62,546 bases of DNA, filler included, from Sphacelaria rigidula (GCA_964200075.2; 5 parts of 5 records of this genome joined end to end with filler, not necessarily neighbours in it); one strand, 5' to 3'. Counted from the whole stretch's first letter, positions 12,603 to 26,370 are shown. Notes: generated by a model from the sequence alone, not told the origin. Numbers and translations: made by a program.

Positions 12603-12874
12603 TAACCTTCTCGTTTTTGTTTTGCTTGTCGCGACCATCGGGCCGAGTTTCGAGGCCGGGACATTGTGGCCACGAATTCATGACAAGTCATCTCGCAATT
12701 GTCGCCAAGGTAACCCTAACCCGATGAGACACCGGCGACAATACACACTTTCCACGGACTAGTGTCCACACCACCACTATAACGACTTCAACTAATCCTG
12801 ATGCTGCTCTGCTACTGCCAGGACGTGCCAACAAAAAAATGACAACCGGACTAAACATGATGGACAAACCTCAC

Positions 12875-15800
12875 CTGCTCCACCAAGCCCTCCACCTGCT
12901 CTTTCATGTTCGCAACCATCTCCTCCGCTTCCGCTCTCAGTGAGTCCGACTGTGACGCACGGGCCTCGGCCGCTTCCACCCTAGCTGCTTCAGCGCTGAA
13001 CACCATCGGTAACGAACGGCGACAAGGTTTTAGCGGCGTGGCCGTACTCGTCAAGGGAGAAGAACACAAATACTGCAGCTACGGTGTTTATAACTGGTTC
13101 AATTTTACTATCCTGGGTGAGAACTATTTTCAGATCAAAACTTCTGCTACTGTGTGGATCATGTTTTATTCATTTATCCAAATTTCAAAGCTTCGTACGT
13201 ACGAGTCAAAGAGCTTCTCACTCAAATTTCACCGAGACTTCATCAACCCCCCGCCCCCCCTCACGGGAATCTTTTGGATGATGACCCTGATTCGGCTTAC
13301 TACTCTCCTGCCGAGTTATTACTCATTCTGTAGAGTGATGGTCGTTTCCGGTGTGGACTGACAACAGCCGACCACGTGTGAGGGCCATGATGATGAAGAC
13401 GGTGGGAGACGATATAGGAGTATCATGTGCGACGTACATGGGCGGGTGCAACGGTGCCGACAACGCTGAATATTCATCTACTCTCACCGTCCACTGTCAA
13501 CATGAACCGTCATCCCAAAATCACAAAAAAAAAAAATGAATGCGCATGAGGGGTCACGGCCACCCTCTTAACCTTGACAAGGTGTACGAAGCCTGCCACC
13601 TGTGAACACACACTTACAGCAGCGTCGTCCATACACCATAGGCGGTCATATCAAAGGACGACACATGGAGTACGAGAACCCATAAGAATCTACCGAAGAC
13701 ACGCACATGACTACCACAACACGACGCTTAACCCTCTCGCAAAATCAACAAGCCTGTCGCGTCCTACCCCGCTCCACCCTGCCCCGCACGCGCAACACAC
13801 ACAAACCACACACCCGATACGATCTTCCGTCGCGGCTAACTCCTCTTTCAATCCCGCCAGCTCCTTGGCCCTCCTCTCCGCTTCTTTCGCAGCATTCTCA
13901 ATCCGCTTCTCGGCATCCACAAGGGAACGCTCGCCCGCATCCACCTTTACCTCAGCGACCGCGAGCTTCTCGCCCAAAGAAGCCACATCTTTCTTCAAGC
14001 CCGTCAGCTCCTCTGCGCTTCTCTCCGCATCTTCTTCTGCAACCCGCGCAGCATCCGCCGCGACTGTCTTCATCTCGTCAAGCCGATTCTCAGCATCCAC
14101 AAGGGAACGCTCGCCCGCGTCCACTTTTTCCTCAGCAACCGCGAGCTTCTCGCCCAAAGAAGCCACATCTTGCTTCAAACCCGCCAGCTCCTCTGCGCTT
14201 CTCTCCGCATCTTCTTCTGCAACCCGCGCAGCATCCGCCGCGACTGTCTTCATCTCCTCAAGCTGATTCTCAGCATCCTCGAGAGAACGCTCGCTCGCTT
14301 CCACCTTTTCCTCAGCGACCGCGAGCTTCTCGCCCGAGGAAGCCAGATCTTGCTTCAAGCGCGTCAGCTCCTCTGCGCTCCTCTGCGCATCCCTCTGCGC
14401 ATCCCGCGCAGCATCCGCCGCGACCGTCTGCACCTCCTCAAGCCGCTTCTCGGCGTCCTCCAGTGCGCGCTTGCACGCTTCCACCTTTTCCTCAGCAGCA
14501 GCGAACTTCTCACCCACAGAGACCAGTTCCTGCTTCGTCGCCGTAACCTCCTGGTGAACAACAACCAACTCTTCCTTTGTCGACAGCAACGTCTGGCTGG
14601 CCTCGTCGGCGTCGAACCTCGCGGCAGTCAACTCCTTGTTCAGTCTGTCCTTCTCAGCGACCCTTGCCACTGCCTCGCTCTCGAGCTCGTCCACCCTGAC
14701 GCTCCACTTCTCCTCGCTCTCCGTGAACTGCCGGTCAAGCCTAGCCACGTCGGCCTCAAGCGCCGCTTTTTCTGATTCGCGATCCACCGCCACGGTGGCC
14801 GCCTCTGCCGCCGCAGCGGCTAGGTCCGCTTCTAGACCCGCCTTCTCTTCTACCGCCGCCGCCAAGGTCATTTCCGACTCCACCTTCTCTTTCTCCGCGG
14901 CCTTCCGGACCTCCACCAGTTCCTGGCGACTGGCGGCCATTTCCTCCTTCACACTGTCCACCTCTTCCGACAGCTCCCGAACGTCTGTCGATAGCGACTC
15001 CACCTTCTCTTCGGCTCCGATGGCGCGAGCCTGGAACTCAAAGCACGATCGGCGCACCCCGTCAAGTTGTTCCTCGAGACTTACCACGCGCGCCGTCGCC
15101 TCTGCCACGTTCGCCTCCGCCTTGACGATCGAGGCTTCCAATTCCGTTTCACGTTCTTTGGCGGATGCCAGGCCCTCGCGCATTCCCGCGGCCACAGTTT
15201 CCAGTCCGCTGAGGGCATGGGCGTGGGCTTCGTGCTCCTTCGCTGCCTCGACGAGGTCGGCGTTCGCGGCCTCGAGCTGCATACTGACGTGCGAGAGGTC
15301 GGCATTGGTTTTCTCTTGGACCACCTGGACAAGCGTAGTGAGCAAAGACGCAGGATGCACGCAAAAGCGCGCAAGCGGGAGAGGAAAGGGGTGGGGGGTG
15401 GAGGGTAGGGAAGTGGCGGGCGGGCAGACAATGAGAAGGGAGGACCAAGAGAGAATGGTCGGGATCGGTCTTATTCAGGCAAGATGGAGATGCATGTCCG
15501 AGACGCCTTCAGACAGCTCGGTTTGAATATGTGTACCGCGCATGCTCTGATCTCCGCAGTTTACGGGACTACGAGGAGACACGAAAAACGCTAAAAACGA
15601 TCAGGCACGTTTTTCGCGAAAAGAAAGAGACGTGCAGCAACGACCAACAACAAGAACGACGACGACGGTGGGAAAAACCAATAACCGATCACCAAGCCAC
15701 AGCGGCTGATACTTATCCCTTCACACACTTCACCCGCCCTGCATCTACGGTAGATGCATACACATGCACATATGACCACAGACACGCGCACCTCCATGTC

Positions 15801-18800
15801 TCGAACCCTGCCCTCGAGCTCCTCCACGACCCCCTGCAACCGCGCCTCCCCGCGTGCAAACTCTGCCGCAACTCCACCCATCTCCTCCACCGCCCTCCCC
15901 GCCTCGAGCTCAGCCTCGTCTCGCCGCCTCTCAGCCTCGTCCGCGTCCCTCGCGCACCCGCCCGCGATCTCCAGCACGACCAGAGCAGCAGCAGTAGGAG
16001 CAGCACTGTCCTTCGGCTCCACCGTAGACGGGTCACGAAGCGCAACGCCCGCCGCCGCCGCCGTCGTGGCGGCATGAGCACAATCACCCACAAGATCCTC
16101 CAGCTGCTCATTAAGTAACTCACGAAGAGCGTTGGCATATGCCCTGGTCACCTCAAGCTCCTCCTGAAGACCTTCAATAGTCTCGTCTCGAAGGGCGCAC
16201 GTCTCCTCGCCTTCCCGGACTAGACCTTCTTGTACCGTTTTGAAGAATGTTTCGCCGTCCAGGCGCCGTTCCGCGTCTTGCAGCTCTTCCTGCGTGGCTT
16301 GAGCCTCGGCAGCCGCAAGACGGTAGGCACGCTGGGCGACGCAGGCGCGGGAAACCCCCGCGGCAACAGCGCGACGGAGGTCTTCGCCGGCGGCGGCCAG
16401 ATCAGATTCGAGCTTTTCCGCACGGTCAGCGCTGAATTCGGCTTGGTGGGAAAGCGTATCGTAGTCGTCTTGAAGCTGCTTCAGGCGTCCTTCCACCTGT
16501 TGAGTTGAGTTGAGTCGTGGAACGATGTTTTGGTGTTTTCTTGCGTTTTGGTTTTATCGTCGGTATCGAAAATTGCAGTGAGCGTGCGGGGCGCTTGAAA
16601 ACCAAAACCATACACGAGATGTAATGGGGGTGTTGACGTAGGTCCTGTACAAACACTCGCGGGGATGCCCCCGTTCGGTGCGACAGTCTGCTCCAGCCAC
16701 TCTCCCTTGGCATACTGTGACACATGCGATGAAGAACAGCGGCACACCGTACACAACACGCTTACATCGTTACAGTATCATATCACGCGCGGGGCATGCA
16801 TGCGTACCTCCTCCTTCTGCGCGCGAGTCTCCACGAGGCGTTCCTGCAGATCACTGCTGCAGCGCTGCTGCTCCTGCATCTCTTGGCTATGCGTCACTTC
16901 GGCAGCCTGGAGTCGCTCCGTGACCGCCTCCACGTCTTTCATGAGAGACCTGCCATCAGTAGTTGACACAGCACAGTGCGCACAGCGATCGGGTACGCCA
17001 CCGCAAGTTAGGCCTTCGTATCCGGGAACAAACATATCTAGGTCTACCATCATCATCTCACCAACAACAACGAAAAGGAAAAAAAAAGAAACGTGATACG
17101 ACGTAAAGTGCCACTGCACAACAAAATATGTCATCAGGACCATCGCCTTCTCCCCTACCAAACCGGAGCACGCGCACACGCACGAGCACCTACGGCAAAA
17201 AGCTAGAGGAACAATTGCCAGCCATCGATAATTGCACGATACTACTGAAACGAACCAGGGATGAAATCAGTATCGTGTGGGAAGTGTAACACGCTATGCA
17301 ACATTTTATTTGACACAAGAACACACCAGAAATAGGTGAGTGCGCAGCGCCTCACCAAAAGCCCTTTCCCACGACACCGTCATACAACTCCTGCTTCGTC
17401 ATACTAGGTCGTACTGCACCGAACTCCCGTCCGGTGAACGGGTTCATGAAGTCACAGTACAAGTTGTGCGAGAAACCCTCCCCCCTCTCAACCTAATCCG
17501 AAGGCAAGCAAGCAAGCACACACCTCGTTTCTGCCTGACGTTCTTCGGATTCCCGTTCGTGGGCCTCCTCTTGTTGTTGCATGCGTTGCTCCAGGCCCTT
17601 CACGTCTTCCGCCATCTGCATTTTGGTCGCTTCCGCCTTCTCCTCCGCCAGCTTCTTCTCTTCCTCAAGTCGCTCCAGGTCATGATCCAGGCTGTCCGCC
17701 TCGTCTTCCAGGGCCCTGTTTTTGCGATAGGGTCGTGAAACACAAACACAATGCGAATGTGGCCTTTCTCATTCATTTTTGAAGATCTTCCCACATGAGA
17801 TAAGGATTTCCTAGAGAGTGTGGGGCGGCGACATGGGCATACACCGCAACAGTGCGCAAAAATCATGTGACAAACTATACAGCAAGTAAGCCAGACTCTA
17901 TACACCATTAGTGGCGCAGATGCACTCGATAGATCGTCGACTTTGGTTGACCGGGACACCGACGTCAGGCATTGGCAGTAGAGCCGGCACGATCAGCCGC
18001 CGGATCCTGCGGCACCGTCTCTTGATCATCACGAAGCGGAGATGACGCCTCGGACGGGAGCTGGTCTTCGGCAGTATACACGATGGGCCGACGCGCTCGC
18101 CGCTGATGCGTAGTCGTCATCCCCGAGTGTTTACTACCGAGGACCCGCTCCCGTCCGAGGCATCATCTCCGCCTTTTAATCGTCAAGAGACGGTGTCGCG
18201 GGATTCGTCGGGTGATCGTGCCGGCTCTACCGCCAATCGCTGACGTCGGTCTCCCGGTCAACCAAGTCGACGGTTTACCGAGCGCGTCTGTGCCACTGTT
18301 TGTGTCAACAAGGTACGGTCGTGTGAAGAACGTCAGAGAGTGGACGCTGCTCCCCTTACGCACGTGTCAGCCACGCCTGTCCGCCAGTTTGGGATCCCAA
18401 TTTTCATTTGGGAACGGAGGTTCCGAGACGATGGGACGCTGATGTTGACCAAACCCCCATTCAGAGATAGATCTGCGTGCACCCGCTTTAGTCTACTTCT
18501 GTCTGTACGGCCACCATCCCCATCTGACGCACCTGGTTCTTCTCAGCAGCTCGCCGTTATCTTTGATAGCGGTGGCCAGCCGCATCTCCAGACGCGCCAC
18601 CTCACTGCCTGTGTCTTCGACGGCGCGAACTTTCTCCCTAGAGAGCTCTTCCATCTTCATCTGCAAATCCGACAGTCGCGAGTCTCGATCCTGTACGGCC
18701 TCCGCTCCTCTCCTGCGACCGTAAATACGGTCCGAATTGATAAATGAAAACATAAACAATGAACGTTAAAAAAGTAAATACAAATACATGAATATTACAA

Positions 18801-21800
18801 ACAAATAATACATTTAATTCACTTTGTTAAACGATGGTTGAGGAAGGGATAGGAATGGTGGTTGGGTTGGGAAATGATTTCTATTTTTTGGGCAACAAGG
18901 GAAAGATAATATGGAGAGGTCAAAAAACATCTCAATTAACGACGTATTGTTCGGGTACTTCCTTCCACGAAGACACCACCGAAGCCCTCGCCATATTCGG
19001 ACGCGCATGGATGTAAAATCGTCATGAATTGAGACACAAGTTCACCAGATGCAAAATGAGCGGAGGCGGGACATCGAACGCAGCGTCGTCTTCCCTTCTT
19101 CCCGACTACTGAACACGACCTGCATCCACTTCACGAAAAAACACACCGACAGCACACTTCGTGCGCTGGTGAAAACTTCATCTCTCTTGCCTGCGGTAGA
19201 CCAACCTCGGCCTCAATTCCGCATTCATTTTATGTAACATCATCGTCGTAGCAAAACGAGTCCAAGTGCGGCACAATGGACCACAGCAAGACAGAGTACA
19301 CGAGGCAGAGTACATACCGTGTCGTGGGACGTAAGCCGTAAGGTAATCTCAAATTCCCCGCTCACAACCCCCCCCCCCGTCACTGCTATATGGTGAGACA
19401 CCCACGAGGCAGTGTGAAAGACGTGGCTGTCTCTGAAAGTGGCGATACCAGAAAATGGAGCAACTCATTAAAGGTCATCATCCAAATGCAAGATGATGAG
19501 TAGGCTTCGGGCCGAACATTCTTTGCAGGATGTAGCTCACCCTTCATGCGACCCGCCGAACACACCACGGCCCTTCGCGCTCAGCGATTGCTTGCGAGCC
19601 TGGTCCGGCTGAAACCCGGCGTGCTCCGTCCCGGCTTTGTAGGGATCCGAGGCCAGTGGTCATGTAGCTATGGCATCCAAGATCATGAGTACACCCCCCG
19701 TTGCTGCCATCTGCATTTCACACCAATAAAATGGACTACGCTACGCTAAAGTTCATTCCCACCTGTTAGCTTCGTCCAGCTGCTTCTTGAGCGACAGAAC
19801 GGCAGAGTGGAGCTGCGCGTTGTCGGTCTCGAGTACCCCCACCCGCTCGTCGGCGGAGGCCTGTAGTCGGCGCGTCTGCTCGACCTGCGCCTGGGCCTCT
19901 TGAAGCTTGCTGAGAAGGGCGTTCTCTACGATCTTCTTTGCCTGCTTGGCATCGAAATTCGGGTGCGTCCGGGAAGCACGGACAGGCATGCAGGGAGGGG
20001 TGGGGGAGGGATTCAACTCAGGAAGTACTCTTTTTTAAAAGGGTTGGATTGAGGTAGTATGGGGCATGTCGTGCGTAGTGGACAGAGTCTAGGTAAAATT
20101 CAGGAGCCCCAACGTGAAGTTTTTCAACATATTTCACGTAAGTGTAGTAATACGCCCTGTGTACACCTGCAGGCGTCAAAAGTTTGCCTCCGATTTCTGA
20201 GCGATTGAAAAGCAACATCACAGGGCCGCGGCAATAACAATAACAACAACAAGAGACCCATGGGAAATGAGAGGGATGGGGATGAGGTGGATAGGTGAGG
20301 GATTAGTTCTTGTCTGATAACATTGCCGTGTTGTTCGACGAATATCGAGACGCGTTCACCCCCGTACGTTCGACAGCATTATTGCATGGCTTTTTCCTGG
20401 AGACAACACGCTGAACTCTGGTGGAAGTCTGAAAGAAACGAAGAAATGAAGAGGGTGGGGGGTGAGAACGTAATCTGGCCACACTAACAGGGGTGAAACA
20501 ATTGTACACACAATATATACCGCGGCCGGGTGATTTAGTTCCACCTACGCCTGACACCATTAGGTCGCGTGAAAATGTAGGGTTGATTCCGGCCAAATGC
20601 GTTCATTGGTTTGGATTTTTCCTGCGAAGTACCCGATTTCCGATCGTGAGGAGGTGCCGTATAAAAACTAGAACTCGTTTAACGAACGTCGACGCGGTGC
20701 GGGCGTGTTGATAGTCATGATCCAATCCACGACATCAAAAATGTAGTACTGTGAGGCGTGTACCGGGAAAGAGATGGCTTGATCCCTTGAGACCACGGAC
20801 GCCTTCCGAGGATGGGGAGCAATGAAAGTGAAAAAAGTGACGGAAACAGAAAAGATAACACGTTGTCCAGTTACAAAATGAACTTTGGAGAGATAGGCTG
20901 GAGACGGGCTGCCTGCAGGTCTGCGACATAATAGTCAAATGTCGCTGTACTGTATCGGTGCTCATGCGAGGGGAGGGACAGGGAGGGGCAGGGGAGTTAG
21001 AGGGAAATATAGAGCAAGATTTTGTTCAACGACAACTGTACTAGCAGACAAAGGCAGGTGAGTCAAGCAAAAGACACCGATAACGCGTTGCACACACACG
21101 CGTGTGCTCTCGCTTGAGGAGAAAGCCCACCTCCAGCTCGGCACGGTTTGCGGCAGACAGGCGGCGTTTCTCGGCCCTCTTCGTCTCGTCGCGGAGACGC
21201 ACTTCGAAATCCTCGGCTTCCTCTGTCAGCTCTCTGTTCTTTTCTATAAGATCCAGGACCTTTTTTTTTCGTCATGGAAAACGGTGACCGCAACACAAGG
21301 AAGGACGCCCAGGGCAATGCACGTAAGATGTCAAGATACAGTGCAGACGACCAATCGACCAGAGCTCCATTTGTTTCAGGAGATCTAAATGGTGCCTTGT
21401 CGAATCGTCTACGATCCGTAACCACTACTAAACCACGCGGTCTTCCAATTCGAGGTGCTTCGAAAGACGCGACTCTTACAGCAGCGCCTAGATCTCCCGA
21501 AGCACCTGTTCGGCGAGACGTTTGAAGTATTGCAAGGTCAGGTCGAGTAGGGCATACTCAATTGCGGGGTATTTTAAAAGTCGTACTTCCAAGTATACAT
21601 ATGGGGTAGGGTGTTCGGGGTCGCTTGCTAGTTATTTTCGGGGTACGACTCCTAACACCCCACCACAATTCGAGTACTTCAAGTACGACTTTCAAAATAC
21701 CCCGCAATTGAGTATACTCTACTCGACGTGACCTTGAAACATTGTTTTGCTGTCTTTCTCGGAAGTTGATTGATTCTCGGCGACAATCACATGAAGGCAG

Positions 21801-24800
21801 CGCACGCATCGTCCCCAGCACCTCTTGAAAAACGGCACTTCAAGCGTGCTGCTTGGGAAGCTCTATTCCCTACGATTTGGGCGATTGATTTGTGTGTACG
21901 CATCTTTACCTTCTCATTGAGCTCGCCGCGGAAGCGCTCTTCGTCGGCGACGCCCCACACTAGGCTCTTCACGTCCCCGGGCGCTCCGCCGGTGAGCTCA
22001 GCTAGGCGCGCCTCAGCCTCCTTGAACTGCAGACGCCACTTGCTCACCTGGTTTGTGATGCAAATACAGACACATGCATGCGCGTACAGGAGTAGAACAA
22101 AGCAACAAAAAAACGCTTCATTCGTATCCTGACGAAAAATAGATGAACTTACACGTATATAGATCAAGATAAGCATTTACAGTAAGGCCGTGAAGGATAG
22201 AGCAAATAACAGGGACTCACAATAGCTGATGAGATGTGTGAAGTGGGTGAACAATGCCAACAGCCAGTCCCATGCCATGACATCACACAACCGAATAGCA
22301 CAGTACTCCTCCCCCCTCTCCATCTGACCAACGAAGCGACAGCGAATGACCTACAGGTGGAGCGCATTTTGAGTGTAAAAAAAAAAAAAACGACATGTCG
22401 CAGGTACAGTACACGGTTATTTGTAATTTGACACTTTCGAGCACAACAAAGTGCAAAAAAAAGTTCGGGGGGGGGGGGTGGTATCGAAGGTATAACATGC
22501 ACCATCAATACCATCGCAAACAAANNNNNNNNNNCGACACATATGTCATTCTTTTTTTAGTAGGCAAAGCGCAAGACAAAAAAAAAAAAAAAAAAAGGGG
22601 GCGGGGGGGGGGGGGGGTGGTATCGAAGGTATAACATGCACCATCAATACCATCGCAAACGAATACGTTATTGTAAACTTACCTCGGTAGACTCGTGCGC
22701 GCCGCCTTCGAGCTCTTTACGCAGATGCGCGTTTTCCTCGGCCATGACTCTCCTGATTTCAACAAAGACATCGAAAATACGCATAAAAAAGTGTTGCTAC
22801 GACGTTTTCCATCACGAAACTCCAATAAAATGCCGGTGAAGGGATATACACATAAACGACTACAGCGAAATATAAGAGGAAGAGACAACACAAATGAAAC
22901 AAAAAAATACACTAAAAGAGCGAAAAAAAAAAGTCATGAAGGCAACCGGGAGCGACGCCCCTCTTCCCCCCCCCCCCAACATTACAGGCAATACTAACCT
23001 CTCCTGGTCGACATCTTTCTTCCTCTGCGCAGCGATCGTCCCGTCCCTAAACTTTATCACCATCTTGAGCTGCATGGCATCCTTCTCGCTCTTTTCCATC
23101 GCCGCCAACAAACTTTCCACCCTCCTGCTGGCCCCCCTCTGCGCCTCTTCCGCCGCCCGCGCCCTCTTCAGCGCGTCCACAAGCAACGCCTCGGGCGCCC
23201 CGCCGCCCCCACCCCCGGCAACCTCACCGAAGGCACCACCACTAGATAACCGCCTCGGTACCACCCCGGATGTACCCGCCGAGACGGCGCCGACAGACGC
23301 GGCGTCGCCGTTCTGCGCGGCCAAGAGTTTTTGGCGGAGGGCCGCCACCTCGCGACGGAGAGAGTCGTAGCTCCCGCTAGTATCCTCGTTCTTGATGGCC
23401 TGGTTTTTGATCATCTTGGCGCGCTGCGCGAACTTGAGGGTAGACAGAGTCTCCCCGAAGTTCTGGTCGGCCGGTGAGATGGCGGCGACCAGCATCGTCT
23501 TGGAGTTCCCGCCGAGGGAGTCTCGCAGGAGGAAGGTGAGCTTGGAGTCGCGGTAGTGGATGTGGCGGAATCGTCCCGCGGACTTCTCCACCAGCGCGTT
23601 GATGACCTGGCCCAGCGTAGAGAGAGACTTGTTGATGTTGGAGGCTTCCTTCAGACGCTCGCCGCTCGCCTGCACCCCCGTTGATGGTGACAGTGCACAT
23701 GCAATGTGAGCAAATACACACGCACACAAAAGTGTAGTACCGTGCGTTATGCTTCGTTTTTTTTTCAGGTGTTACCCGATCAGAAGTCGTGTGTATGTGT
23801 ACGGACACGGCAGGACGACAGCAGGACTTACCCACGTGCAAAACTGAAGCCACAAGAAAAACAAGTGTGATACGGGGAATTCCAGCGTATGTTGGGACAG
23901 TGGTACACGGCAGCGAAACGAGGCGCGGGGGAACTCAGGCCTCGAATACAAGGAATAGGGGGGCACATTACGGTGCCACGACCATGAATTCCTCCAATCG
24001 ATGGTCACCGACCATACACCTCGTTATACCGAACCTCGCCGAGCGGACCACAAGTCACTATCACAGTAATTACATAACACTTTCTACAGTACGTGTTTCA
24101 TGAAAAGACGTGGCCGGTCGCTCCCGTGGCTCAGTAGGTAATGTTGAATCCTTCCGACAGTTGGGTCGCGGTTTTAAAATCTCTGTGCAGTCACACGATC
24201 TGGGATTTTTCCTCACACAGTGGCCAATAGTGGGGAGCGATACGTCGTGGGCACACGAAATATTCGACTTTGTGGTCGACGAGGGAAAGGGACTACTGAA
24301 TCCCTCTCCCGAAAGAAAAATAAGACAAGCACTGCAGAAGGAAGGTGGAGGTACTAAAACGAGATAAATAATGAATAGTCAAACTCCCGTGTTGACCTTC
24401 GTCCTCCGTTACCCCGGCTGATGCGCGCACATATATACCGAAATAAAGTGTAGGCTGCTGGCGTCCAAAATAGATGGGATGACAACACAGACACACAGAC
24501 ACACACACAGAAATCAATCGCAGCCACACACCACTTTCCCATCAACGAAGAAGCCAAGCGCACACACACATAACGTACACACACCTGGGTATCTTTTTGT
24601 CTTTCGCTACCAGCCAGGTCAACCAAATTGAACCTGGCAACCCGCGAGCGCGTCAACCCCTCCTCCTCCACCACCTCGGTGGCCTTGATTACCAACGTAA
24701 ACACTGCGTGAGACCGCGACGACTCTCGATTCATGGCCGTCTCGCCCACATGTCTGTTCCGGAACCCGCGGTGGAGTACATCGCAAGCATCATCGACGCC

Positions 24801-24806
24801 GTTCAC
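12875..24806 (-). CDS. KIF15: Kinesin-12 (KIF15-like) motor protein with long coiled-coil stalk; partial at both ends, spliced
   Basis: Exons 5'->3': 24585-24806 ([23 protein letters not shown]), 22999-23669 ([60 protein letters not shown]), 22683-22752, 21910-22047, 21131-21259, 19763-19941, 18533-18712, 17524-17715, 16808-16949, 15792-16496, 13814-15324, 12875-12995. All are GT-AG and phase-consistent. Switch I/II motifs are certain. The subfamily call rests on the neck sequence. Confidence 0.9.
13850..14530 (-). repeat. Intragenic tandem repeat, 180-nt (60-aa) unit, about 3.5 copies, in the kinesin coiled coil
   Basis: [50 protein letters not shown] repeats in the protein. DNA at 13921-14100 and 14101-14280 is nearly identical. 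Confidence 0.9.
19388..19699 (-). mobile_element. Repeat family A copy (about 310-bp short form)
   Basis: Minus strand reads GGGGGGTGTACTCATGATC...GGGTGTCTCACCAT and matches the 1160-1460 core. Confidence 0.85.
21533..21736. repeat. Fold-back (MITE-like) element in a kinesin intron
   Basis: About 60-nt arms, CAAGGTCAGGTCGAGTAGGGCATACTCAATTGCGGGGTATTTT and AAAATACCCCGCAATTGAGTATACTCTACTCGACGTGACCTTG, plus an inner stem. Confidence 0.8.
24117..24510 (+). mobile_element. tRNA-derived SINE
   Basis: tRNA-like head TCCCGTGGCTCAGTAGGT with a degenerate B box, a body homologous to 29282-29620(-), and a 3' CA-rich tail. Confidence 0.75.
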
Positions 24807-24865
24807 CTTAACGGCATACAAATGGAGCGGTGGGAGGCGCCAGCCAGGGGGGAAAAGGAGTCGGG

Positions 24866-24917
24866 GGAGGGTGTACTCATGATCATGCATGCCATAGTCA
24901 TAAGATCATTGACCTCG
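24866..24917 (+). repeat. Head fragment of repeat family A
   Basis: GGAGGGTGTACTCATGATCATGCATGCCATAGTCATAAGATCATTGACCTCG. Another head fragment lies at about 5415-5455(-). Confidence 0.75.
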
Positions 24918-24960
24918 TTGGGGGGGGGGGCGGGGTCTTTTGTTGTTTTTTCTAGGTTAT

Positions 24961-25060
24961 NNNNNNNNNNNNNNNNNNNNNNNNNNNNNNNNNNNNNNNN
25001 NNNNTTAATTAATTAANNNNNNNNNNNNNNNNNNNNNNNNNNNNNNNNNNNNNNNNNNNN
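24961..25060. other. Artificial contig-joining spacer
   Basis: N-TTAATTAATTAA-N, 100 nt. Confidence 0.97.
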
Positions 25061-25245
25061 ATCTTGCATTTGGATGACAGCCAACAATGAGTAGCTTTAT
25101 TGTCTGGTATCACCACTTCCAGAGACAGCCACGGCTTATGCACCGCCTCATGGGTGTCTCACCAAAGGTAGGGCGTACTCATTTGTTGCTTGCCTTAGTC
25201 GTTTGACCATTGACCACGCATCCCTTCCGAGACGGAGCACCGTTC
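25061..25245 (+). repeat. 3' part of a family A copy followed directly by a subfamily B head
   Basis: ATCTTGCATTTGGATGACAG...GTGTCTCACCA (A tail), then GGGCGTACTCATTTGTTGCTTGCC...GAGACGGAGCA (B head from 25171). Confidence 0.75.
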
Positions 25246-26370
25246 CTACTCCTAATAGAGACACCTCCAACATTCCGGCACTCATTACGTTCCTTCCATA
25301 CATTGTGCAAAAACCTTTCACGTATCTTATATCTTATCCCCATCCTGTTTCGCCGTCTGTGGCCACCGTCGTCGGGGAGGGGGGGAAGGGGGGATTTTTT
25401 CCCCGGGACGGGAGCCCCCTTCGGGAACTCAATCCTCACGATCCTCTTGTGACCACGGTTGGATCCCCCTCAGGCATCACTTGATGTGCGACGATCAAGT
25501 CTCACATATGTTCGGGAATCCTTATCAGGGCCAAAGCAATACATTTTTGTTTTCTTTCAACGTTTTTTTTTTGTTCCCTTCGAGTTTCTTCTCCCCTCTG
25601 CAACGATTTCATGGATCTTCCTGCAGAAGGTTCACGTATACAGTACTCGAGTGAAGTCGGAAACGTTCGCAATGGGCTAATTTTACAAAACCAAATGAAC
25701 CTGAAAAACGTAACCAACGCATTGGTTCCTTATACTACAAGGAGAGTCTTCTCTCTTTTCTCTTTTGTTTTTGTCAAACCTTAATCGAGCAACGTCCTCG
25801 TTGAGGCTGTCTTCTCCGAGCTCAACGGCTCCACCATCATCGCGTAAGAAATCAAGGGGGTCCTGCGGAGTGGTCGAGTTGCGCAATGAGGGCGCAAAAC
25901 AAAGAAGCGAAGATATTATAGCAAAAACCAACGGACAGAAATAAGAAGACAATAAAAAACAACAGTCGAAATACTACAAACATGCATGGCTCCGCACAAA
26001 AACAACGAAAAACACGCACACACAATAGAGGGTGCCGCCATTGGTACACAGCATTTCATGTCCTCACAAGTGCCGTGTGAAATTAGACGGTCGTTCGAAA
26101 CCAAATCGTGCAGCGCAGAAGCCCGGGGGGAGAAGGGGGGGGGAGGGGGGGGGGTTCGCACTTTGAACTCTCCCTCTTCCTCGGTACGAGTCCGTGGTCT
26201 CAAGAGATCATCCCATCTCTCCCCGGTACACGCCTTGCATTTTGGTCTCGCAGATTGAGTCAGCACTCCCGCACCGCGTAAACTCACGTCTAACAAACTT
26301 AGTCGACTACTTGGTTTACTCGCGTTTTCACGCTTTCCACGGTGGAAATCACATACTACGAAGAAAAAAC

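Noticed and set aside
13574..16508. Long + strand ORFs (13574-14266, 13707-14546, 14636-15526 and others)
   Set aside because: They are antisense shadows of GC-rich kinesin coiled-coil exons.
20358..20805. Two small possible extra kinesin exons (about 20360-20428 and 20764-20802, minus strand)
   Set aside because: AG/GT borders exist but the flanking exons already join in phase and the peptides are not coiled-coil-like. Unresolved without RNA-seq.
22467..22660. Direct duplication of GGGGTGGTATCGAAGGTATAACATGCACCATCAATACCATCGCAAAC
   Set aside because: The two copies flank a 10-N gap and homopolymer runs, so this is most likely a scaffolding overlap artefact.
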